A stretch of 15,882 nucleotides of DNA. Origin: an uncultured Gammaproteobacteria bacterium. GTDB taxonomy: Bacteria; Patescibacteriota; Microgenomatia; Daviesbacterales; UBA10151. The position numbers and the translations under genes are program-made. Below, one piece after another: positions 7,743-14,434 of the stretch; within the stretch, counting starts at the first letter, position 1; the number at the start of each line of letters is the position of its first letter. The stretch lies in the NCBI GenBank assembly GCA_964522265.1, contig CAZFVS010000006.1, forward strand, positions 3,933-19,814, in the 5' to 3' direction. The notes under the pieces were generated by a model, which saw nothing but the letters and a program-made list of their open reading frames with translations, made no database searches and had not been told where the DNA came from.

Positions 7743-8459
7743 ATGTATTCCCAATTGAAAGACAAAGTTATACTTTGTGTTTGCGCCCACCCGGATGACT
7801 TGGAATTTGGCTGTGCCGGTACAATAGCTAAATGGGTCAGCCAGGGTGCAACAGCTTACTATGTGATTTTGACAGACGGGAGTAAAGGCTTGGAGGATAC
7901 AGGCATGCCCAGTAAGCAGCTTGCTAAAATCAGGAGGGCAGAGCAGAGGGGAGCAGCTAAGGTGTTGGGAGTCAAAAAGGTGTATTTCCAAAATTTTGTC
8001 GATGGGGAACTTATGAACAACCTCGAAGTTCGGAAAGGATTGGTTAAAATTATCAGGGAGCTGCAGCCTGATATAGTTATAACTTTAGACCCAACCTTCA
8101 TTTATGACGAGAATCATGGGATTATTAATCACCCGGATCATCGCACAGCCGGGCTGGCTACCATGGAGGCGATTTTCCCTTTTGCAAGAAACTCCAGAAC
8201 CTTCCCTGAGCTTTTAGACCAGGGATACAACTGCCACAACGTTAAGGAGGTTTTGCTGGTAAATTTTACTAAATGCAATTTTTTTATTGATATCTCGGAG
8301 ACATTAGACAAAAAAATCCTGGCGCTAAGCGCCCATCAGAGCCAACATGATGATCCTGAAAAAATCAGCAGCATGGTTAAAAGAATAGCCAAAGGGTACG
8401 GCAGAAAAGCAAGTCTTGAATATGCCGAGGGGTTTGTCAGGGTTAGTATCAACCATTAA
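7743..8459 (+). CDS. PIG-L/LmbE family zinc-dependent N-acetylglucosaminyl deacetylase (BshB/MshB-like)
   Basis: 238-aa ORF with the family motifs VCAHPDDLEFGCAGT near the N-terminus and INHPDHRTAG mid-protein. The length is typical of LmbE-like proteins. Confidence 0.88.
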   Translation: MYSQLKDKVILCVCAHPDDLEFGCAGTIAKWVSQGATAYYVILTDGSKGLEDTGMPSKQLAKIRRAEQRGAAKVLGVKKVYFQNFVDGELMNNLEVRKGLVKIIRELQPDIVITLDPTFIYDENHGIINHPDHRTAGLATMEAIFPFARNSRTFPELLDQGYNCHNVKEVLLVNFTKCNFFIDISETLDKKILALSAHQSQHDDPEKISSMVKRIAKGYGRKASLEYAEGFVRVSINH

Positions 8460-8460
8460 G

Positions 8461-11400
8461 TCAATACTCATCCCAGGATTTAATCTGTAAATCAGCAACG
8501 GTTTTTTCAGATAACGCGTAGGAAAGCGTGTTTGCTGCCTGCAAGTTAGTTACCAGGGGTATGCCAAAATCTACACATGACCTTCTGATGATAAACCCGT
8601 CTTTGTTGCCACCGCTACGATCCCTCGTACTGATATTAATCACCAAATCCACTTTCTTAGCCTTTAAAAGGTACAGGACTGACGGGTCCTTCTGTTCTGA
8701 TATTTTAAATACCTTGGCATTATTAATACCTGCGGCTTTTAAAAACAGCGAGGTTTTCTCTGTTGCGAAAATTTTCAGGCCCAGTTTTGCAAACCTGCCG
8801 GCTCCTTCCAAAAATTCCGACTTATTTTGATCCCCGCCTATTGACATAAAAATTCCTGCTTTGGGAAATTTCCAACCCGTTGCCAGAAGGGCTTTAAGAT
8901 ACGCCTCGTAAAGATCAGTGCCAAAACAAGCCACCTCTCCTGTTGATGACATCTCAACCCGCAGTCTCGGATCTGCTTCTTTAATCCGGTTAAAAGAAAA
9001 TTGCGGTGCTTTTACTCCGACATAATCCAAATCAAGAGTTTTATAATCGCCGCCTACAGATTCATCTAACATGGCTTTTGCAGCTATCGAGATAAAATTA
9101 TATCCGGTAACTTTAGAGACAAAAGGAAAGGAGCGTGACGAACGCAGGTTTAATTCTATAACCATGACCTTGTTATCCTTTGCTAAAAACTGGATATTAA
9201 AAGGGCCGGTAATATTTAACGCTTTCAGGATTTTTTTTGTATTTTCTTTAATCTGGCGTACGGTCTCAAGGTAAAGCCGTTGTGGTGGCAACACCATCGT
9301 AGCATCGCCGCTGTGAACACCCGCATTTTCAACATGCTCGCTGATGGCATAAATTATCAACCCGCCGTTTTGGGCCACGCCGTCAATTTCGATCTCTTTG
9401 GCGTTATCAATAAATTTACTGATGACAACCGGAAAATCCGGAGACAGTTTGGTTGCCTGCTTAAGATAGGTTATTGTTTCTTTATCGCTGATTGCGATAT
9501 TCATAGCGCTTCCGCTTAGAACATAAGAGGGCCTTATCAAAATAGGGTAACCGATTTTGCCTGCAAACTTTAGAGATTCTCTAACAGATGAGAGTTTTTG
9601 CCAAACAGGCTGTGCTATTTCAAGCCGGTCTAGGAGATTGCTGAATTTTTGTCTGTTCTCTGCCTGATCAATGCTGCGCGGGGAAGTGCCTAAAATTTCC
9701 GCTCCGGCTTCAGATAAACCTTGTGCCAGATTATTCGGTATTTGCCCTCCAAATGCAAGTGCCACCCGGGAGGGATTAACATCCAAAATATCCAATACCC
9801 TCTCCAAAGTCAACTCTTCAAAGTAAAGATTGTCTGCACTGTCAAAATCCGTTGAAACTGTCTCGGGATTACAGTTAATTACCGTAGTCTCGAACCCTTT
9901 TTTTCGGAATTCCTGTGCAGCCGTAACGCAGCACCAGTCGAATTCAACGGAAGAACCTATCCGGTAAGGACCGGAACCAAGAACAATAATTTTTTTATCC
10001 TTCTTAGCAGCCATTTGATTTGCAATGTCTTCTGATTGCTCCACATGGTATGACAAATAAAGATAATTTGTTTTTGCAGGATATTCCGCAGCCAGAGTGT
10101 CGATATGTTTGACTTTCGCAGTTATCCCCATTTTTTTTCTGGTCTCTCTTAGTTTGGTTTCCGTTGTATTAAAACCTTTAGCTAAAAGCCTGTCTGAAAA
10201 ACCTAATTTTTTCGCTTCCAGAATTGTTTGAAAATCCAGCGTCAACCTTTTTTGTAAGAGATTGCCTTCAAATTGAACAACTTTTTTTATTTGTTCTAAA
10301 AACCACGGATCAATACCTGTTGCTTTGTATATTTTTTCAACTGCCGCACCTTGAGCCAGTTCAGCTGATACTGCAAAAAGCCTTTTAGCACTTGGCGAGA
10401 GAAAATCCTCCAGTGTCCGCAGTCTTTTGTCACGAGCAGTGTTTAACAAACCATCCTGATCCGGTTCAATCATCCGAACTGCTTTCTGAAGTCCTTCCGG
10501 AAAACTACGGCCGATTGCCATAACCTCACCAACGCTTTTCATCTCGGATCCGATACGAAGTGATGCACCGGCAAACTTTTGCAAATCCCATTTCGGAATT
10601 TTAACGACAATGTAATCCAGGGCAGGTTCAAAAAAAGCAGAAGTTGATTTGGTAACGCTATTTTTCAATTTAGGAAGGGTATAGCCTAAACCTAACTTGC
10701 AGGCGATATAAGCCAAGGGGTACCCGGTTGCTTTTGATGCCAAGGCCGAAGACCTGGACAACCTGGCATTAACTTCTATAACTCTGTAATCATGGCTTTT
10801 GGGGTCGAGCGCGAATTGAATATTGCATTCTCCCACAATTTTCAAATGCTCAATAACCCGAAAGGAAAGTTCTCTCAAAAAATGATATTGGAAATTGGTC
10901 AGGGTTTGTGACGGTGCAACCACGATACTCTCACCTGTGTGAATTCCCAACGGATCCATATTCTCCATATTACAAACTGATATTTTATTGCCGTTTTTAT
11001 CCCTGACAATTTCATATTCTAGCTCTTTCCAGTGATGTAAATATTCTTCAATGGCAACCTGCGGTGAATATTGAAACGCAATTTCACAGGATTGAGTCAG
11101 TGCTTCTTGGTTTTGTACAACTGAGGAACCAAGTCCTCCCAACGAATAAGCTGAGCGGATAATCACAGGAAAACCGATTTTTTGTGCCACTTTTACCGCC
11201 TGGCTGACTGATGAGGCAAAACCGCCCCTGGGAACTTGTACACCTATTTTTTTTAGTTCATTGGAAAATAATTGCCTGTCTTCCGTAATCTTGATACTGC
11301 TAATTTGCGTACCTAAAATTGAAACCTTATTTTTTTTTATTAAACCTGAATCAGACAGAGCAAGACCGCAATTTAAAGCAGTTTGACCGCCAAAGCTTAA

Positions 11401-11643
11401 TGATACTGCGTCAGGTTTTTCTTTTTGAATAATTTTTTCTACGAAATAAGGAGTTACCGGCAGGAAATAAATTTTTTGCGCAAGGTCAGCGGATGTTTGA
11501 ACAGTAGCTATATTGGGATTTACCAGAATGGCTTTGATTCCTTCTTCTTTAAAAGCTTTAAGTGCTTGTGAACCGGAATAGTCAAACTCTCCCGCTTCAC
11601 CGATTTTCAGAGCACCTGAACCTAGCAATAAAATTTTTTTCAT
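8461..11643 (-). CDS. carB: Carbamoyl-phosphate synthase large subunit
   Basis: 1060-aa ORF. The N-terminus KKILLLGSGALKIGEAGEFDYSGSQALKAFKEEGIKAILVNPNIATVQTS is repeated in the second ATP-grasp half as IIVLGSGPYRIGSSVEFDWCCV...VINCNPETVSTD. The length and a C-terminal MGS-like domain fit CarB. It lies immediately downstream of carA. Confidence 0.97.
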   Translation of the reverse strand: MKKILLLGSGALKIGEAGEFDYSGSQALKAFKEEGIKAILVNPNIATVQTSADLAQKIYFLPVTPYFVEKIIQKEKPDAVSLSFGGQTALNCGLALSDSGLIKKNKVSILGTQISSIKITEDRQLFSNELKKIGVQVPRGGFASSVSQAVKVAQKIGFPVIIRSAYSLGGLGSSVVQNQEALTQSCEIAFQYSPQVAIEEYLHHWKELEYEIVRDKNGNKISVCNMENMDPLGIHTGESIVVAPSQTLTNFQYHFLRELSFRVIEHLKIVGECNIQFALDPKSHDYRVIEVNARLSRSSALASKATGYPLAYIACKLGLGYTLPKLKNSVTKSTSAFFEPALDYIVVKIPKWDLQKFAGASLRIGSEMKSVGEVMAIGRSFPEGLQKAVRMIEPDQDGLLNTARDKRLRTLEDFLSPSAKRLFAVSAELAQGAAVEKIYKATGIDPWFLEQIKKVVQFEGNLLQKRLTLDFQTILEAKKLGFSDRLLAKGFNTTETKLRETRKKMGITAKVKHIDTLAAEYPAKTNYLYLSYHVEQSEDIANQMAAKKDKKIIVLGSGPYRIGSSVEFDWCCVTAAQEFRKKGFETTVINCNPETVSTDFDSADNLYFEELTLERVLDILDVNPSRVALAFGGQIPNNLAQGLSEAGAEILGTSPRSIDQAENRQKFSNLLDRLEIAQPVWQKLSSVRESLKFAGKIGYPILIRPSYVLSGSAMNIAISDKETITYLKQATKLSPDFPVVISKFIDNAKEIEIDGVAQNGGLIIYAISEHVENAGVHSGDATMVLPPQRLYLETVRQIKENTKKILKALNITGPFNIQFLAKDNKVMVIELNLRSSRSFPFVSKVTGYNFISIAAKAMLDESVGGDYKTLDLDYVGVKAPQFSFNRIKEADPRLRVEMSSTGEVACFGTDLYEAYLKALLATGWKFPKAGIFMSIGGDQNKSEFLEGAGRFAKLGLKIFATEKTSLFLKAAGINNAKVFKISEQKDPSVLYLLKAKKVDLVINISTRDRSGGNKDGFIIRRSCVDFGIPLVTNLQAANTLSYALSEKTVADLQIKSWDEY

Positions 11644-11655
11644 ATTTTTCGAGAA

Positions 11656-12714
11656 CTACAATATATTTAGGAATTCATCAAACAAGTACTCGGCATCCTT
11701 TGGCCCGGGTGAGGCCTCAGGATGAAACTGGACAGCCATAAAAGGCTTTTTCTTGTGCCTGATACCTTCATTTGACCCGTCATTTAAGTTGACAAACCAT
11801 TCCATCCAACCGGAGGGTAATGTTTTGGGGTTAACAGCAAAACCATGGTTTTGGGAGGTAATAATGCATTTTTTGGTTAATACATCCTGCACCGGTTGAT
11901 TCTGACCCCTGTGGCCGAATTTTAATTTATAGGTATCTCCTCCTGCTGCCAGAGCCAGCAGCTGGCTGCCAAGACAAATTCCCAATATAGGGACATCTTG
12001 ATTCATCAAATTTTTAATAGTTAGTATTGTTTCCTTTGCATTTTTCGGATCTCCCGGTCCATTGGATACCAAAACCCCATCGAAAGTTAAACCTTGAGAG
12101 ATGGGGTCAAAATTCCAAGGAACAACCGTCAAACGTACTTTCTTTTCAACCAAAGACCTGATTATATTTTGCTTGGCTCCACAATCTATCAGAACAATGT
12201 GTTTTTTGCCTGCACCATAAGTTTGTAGTTTTTCAATTGAAACAAAGGGGAGAACATTGTGAATGTTGGGATCATAGATACTCTGGTTATCGGTTTTCAG
12301 TTTGTCTGTAACTGACAACTGAATTTTTCCCAACATAGTGCCCTGAGATCTTAGTTTGGTTGTTAAAGCTCTAGTATCTATCCCTTGCAGGGCAGGAATA
12401 TCCTCAGATTTAAGCCAAGCACCCAAAGTTTGCTGACTCTCAAAGTGGGAGGGAAAATCAACGTAATTTTGGACAACAAGACCCCTTACCTGGATCTTCT
12501 TGGACTCAAAATATTTAGTGTTAGGTACACCATAGTTACCAATAATAGGGTAGGTTAAAACCAGGATCTGCCCAAAATATGAGGGATCAGTCAGACTCTC
12601 GGGGTATCCCACCATACCGGTATTAAAAACAACCTCCCCTGAGCTTGAAACATCAGCCCCAAAAGATTCGCCTATAAAGGTAGTGCCATCAGATAGAATT
12701 AATCTCCCCTGCAA
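11656..12714 (-). CDS. carA: Carbamoyl-phosphate synthase small (glutaminase) subunit
   Basis: 352-aa ORF. The N-terminus (M)QGRLILSDGTTFIGESFGA aligns with the CarA N-terminus. The GATase block is PILGICLGSQLLALAAGG with VQFHPEASPGP. The start is TTG at 12714-12712. An in-frame TAG lies 5 codons upstream and the next Met falls inside conserved sequence, so TTG is the only plausible start. Confidence 0.95.
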   Translation of the reverse strand: MQGRLILSDGTTFIGESFGADVSSSGEVVFNTGMVGYPESLTDPSYFGQILVLTYPIIGNYGVPNTKYFESKKIQVRGLVVQNYVDFPSHFESQQTLGAWLKSEDIPALQGIDTRALTTKLRSQGTMLGKIQLSVTDKLKTDNQSIYDPNIHNVLPFVSIEKLQTYGAGKKHIVLIDCGAKQNIIRSLVEKKVRLTVVPWNFDPISQGLTFDGVLVSNGPGDPKNAKETILTIKNLMNQDVPILGICLGSQLLALAAGGDTYKLKFGHRGQNQPVQDVLTKKCIITSQNHGFAVNPKTLPSGWMEWFVNLNDGSNEGIRHKKKPFMAVQFHPEASPGPKDAEYLFDEFLNIL

Positions 12715-12723
12715 GCTTTTATC

Positions 12724-12753
12724 AGTCTAAAGAAAATTGATATCCTATGTCAA
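12724..12753 (-). promoter_or_regulatory. Candidate carAB promoter: TTGACA-N18-TAGACT, 9 nt upstream of the TTG start
   Basis: On the minus strand, a perfect TTGACA lies at 12753-12748, followed by an 18-nt spacer and TAGACT at 12729-12724. GATAAAAGC then precedes TTG at 12714. No SD motif is present. Confidence 0.35.
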
Positions 12754-12818
12754 TTGCTCAAAAATATCCTGAAATAGGATGACACCTGAAAGGTGGTAAG
12801 CTAAATTAGGTAAAATTA

Positions 12819-12848
12819 GGGCGGCCCGGCTGAAAAGCCGGACCGCCC
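12819..12848 (-). terminator. Rho-independent terminator for the small minus-strand ORF
   Basis: The minus-strand RNA reads GGGCGGUCCGGC-UUUUCA-GCCGGGCCGCCC. That is a 12-bp GC-rich stem whose only non-Watson-Crick pair is U-G, followed by UAAUUUUACCUAAUUU. On the plus-strand transcript the same position is a C-A mismatch and no U-tract follows, which favours minus-strand function. The hairpin starts 6 nt after the TAG of the small ORF. Confidence 0.6.
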
Positions 12849-12854
12849 ATTGCA

Positions 12855-13031
12855 CTACAAGATGTTGAGCCTCTTTAGGAAAGAAGCAGCTACAAGGACT
12901 GCCCCTATGAGGTGAAACAATGTTCCAATATTCCCAAAAAGCCTTGCTTTCCTTGGAGTGAAAAATGCTCTGAATAAAAACGCCCAGCCCAACACAAAGA
13001 ATCCAAGACCCATGAAAAACAACAGTTCCAA
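12855..13031 (-). CDS. Small hypothetical membrane protein (about 52-58 aa, two predicted TM helices); not in the supplied ORF track
   Basis: Manual minus-strand translation gives (TTG)ELLFFMGLGFFVLGWAFLFRAFFTPRKARLFGNIGTLFHLIGAVLVAASFLKRLNIL, with TAG at 12857-12855. GGGAGG at 13041-13036 lies 4 nt before TTG 13031. Alternative starts are TTG 13022 and ATG 13013. Two hydrophobic helices are joined by a basic loop (RAFFTPRKAR). The ORF is flanked by a good promoter and a strong terminator. I recognise no family. Confidence 0.45.
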   Translation of the reverse strand: MELLFFMGLGFFVLGWAFLFRAFFTPRKARLFGNIGTLFHLIGAVLVAASFLKRLNIL

Positions 13032-13095
13032 GATTCCTCCCTATTCTTGTGAATGTGCTTGCCTCACTTCGCGGGCGAAGCAGGCAACTTTGCGT

Positions 13096-13124
13096 AATAT
13101 ACTAGCTAATCTGACACAAGTCAA
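13096..13124 (-). promoter_or_regulatory. Candidate promoter of the small ORF: TTGACT-N17-TATATT
   Basis: On the minus strand, TTGACT lies at 13124-13119, followed by a 17-nt spacer and TATATT at 13101-13096. This predicts a leader of roughly 55-60 nt. The leader would contain a small CTTCG-N4-CGAAG hairpin (13067-13080) and the GGGAGG SD. Confidence 0.4.
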
Positions 13125-13140
13125 CCTTATAGTGTATAAT
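13111..13140 (+). promoter_or_regulatory. Candidate murA promoter: CTGACA-N18-TATAAT, -10 ending 6 nt before the ATG
   Basis: CTGACA at 13111-13116 and a consensus TATAAT at 13135-13140, then TCACTA and ATG at 13147. No SD is possible in the 6-nt gap. It overlaps back-to-back with the small-ORF promoter. Confidence 0.4.
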
Positions 13141-13146
13141 TCACTA

Positions 13147-14406
13147 ATGGCGAAATATATTATCAAAGGCGGAAAACCGTTAAAAGGCGTTATCAATATA
13201 TCCGGCAACAAAAATGCAGTTTTCCCCTGTGTGGCGGCTGCGCTACTCACCAAAAAACAGGTTATGCTCAAAAATATTCCCAAAATCGATGATGTCGTAA
13301 CAACAATGCAGATCCTAAACAAAATTGGAGCAGATACAAAACTTGAAGGAAATAGTCTCTATATTAATGCTGCCCATATTAAAACCTATATTCTTCCTAC
13401 GGATCTTATGAGAAAGCTGAGAGGATCGATTGTAATAGTCGGCGCCCTTTTGAGCAGAACGGGAAAAGCCCAATTTTCATTCCCGGGAGGAGATATTGTA
13501 GGTAAAAGAAGCATCGAAACTCACCTGGAGGGGTTTAAGAATCTTGGATTTAAAGTTATAAAAAATGATTTAAATTTTATAGTGTTGCCGGGTGGCTTGA
13601 AAAAAGAGATTATTTTCCTTGAAGAAGCATCCGTAACTGCAACCGAAAATTTAATCTTAGCTTCGGTTTTAAGAAGCGGGAAAGTGGTTTTAAAAAATTG
13701 CGCCACTGAACCACATATTGCTGATCTTTGCAGTATGCTCATCAAAATGGGTGCAAAAGTCAAGGGTACAGGAACACAAACACTGATTATAAACGGTGTA
13801 AAAACCCTCAGGGGAGTTGAGTTCACATTAGGTCCTGATTATTTGGAAATGGGAACTTACGCTGTGGCTGCTGCCATAACAAGAGGGAAAATCGGACTGA
13901 AAAATTGCAGCATCAAAGATCTTGAACCCGTGGTTTATCCTCTTAAAAAAATGGGGATTGGGCTTGAAAAAAATCAGGGGATTGTTTATACATCGTCTAA
14001 AAATATTTTATCCATACCAAAACTGCATACCAATATCTGGCCGGGGTTTCCAACAGATCTGATGAGCGCTTTTATAGTTTTGGCCACCCAAGCCAAAGGT
14101 GTTTCACTCCTGCATGATTGGATGTATGAAACAAGAATGTTTTTTGTCGATAAACTAGTCAATATGGGTGCAAATATCACTATTTCTGATCCGCACCGGG
14201 TTTTAGTTTACGGCCCCAGTAAGCTTCATGGCAGGGAACTTGAAACACCGGATATCAGGGCTGGCATGGCTCTGGTTTTGGCAGCTCTGGTTGCTAAAGG
14301 CGAAAGCGTGATAAATAAGGCTGAGTTAATAGACAGGGGCTATGAGGATGTGGCAGGAAAGCTTTCTTCCCTAGGAGCAGATATAGAAAAACAGGAGTCT
14401 GTTTAA
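13147..14406 (+). CDS. murA: UDP-N-acetylglucosamine 1-carboxyvinyltransferase
   Basis: The ORF track opens at 12958, but homology begins at the in-frame ATG 13147. MAKYIIKGGKPLKGVINISGNKNAVFPCVAAALLT aligns with E. coli [35 protein letters not shown]. The result is 419 aa, typical for MurA. The preceding 63 codons are low-complexity and overlap the minus-strand small ORF and promoters. Confidence 0.93.
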   Translation: MAKYIIKGGKPLKGVINISGNKNAVFPCVAAALLTKKQVMLKNIPKIDDVVTTMQILNKIGADTKLEGNSLYINAAHIKTYILPTDLMRKLRGSIVIVGALLSRTGKAQFSFPGGDIVGKRSIETHLEGFKNLGFKVIKNDLNFIVLPGGLKKEIIFLEEASVTATENLILASVLRSGKVVLKNCATEPHIADLCSMLIKMGAKVKGTGTQTLIINGVKTLRGVEFTLGPDYLEMGTYAVAAAITRGKIGLKNCSIKDLEPVVYPLKKMGIGLEKNQGIVYTSSKNILSIPKLHTNIWPGFPTDLMSAFIVLATQAKGVSLLHDWMYETRMFFVDKLVNMGANITISDPHRVLVYGPSKLHGRELETPDIRAGMALVLAALVAKGESVINKAELIDRGYEDVAGKLSSLGADIEKQESV

Positions 14407-14434
14407 AAAGCTTTCTGTATGATAGATTATTTTT

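Noticed and set aside
8461-11643. Internal repeat within carB
   Set aside because: It is the well-known ancient duplication of the ATP-grasp synthetase halves. It is visible only at protein level and is not a DNA repeat or a mobile feature.
12855-13031. Calling the small membrane ORF a type I toxin
   Set aside because: Only its size and hydrophobicity fit. It has two helices rather than the usual one, and no antisense RNA promoter or terminator is evident. It is left as a hypothetical membrane micro-protein.
12958-13146. 63-codon N-terminal extension of the murA ORF as given in the ORF track (MKNALNKNAQPNTKNPRP...)
   Set aside because: Homology to MurA starts exactly at the in-frame ATG 13147. 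The extension is low-complexity, overlaps the minus-strand small ORF with its promoter and SD, and contains the candidate murA promoter itself.
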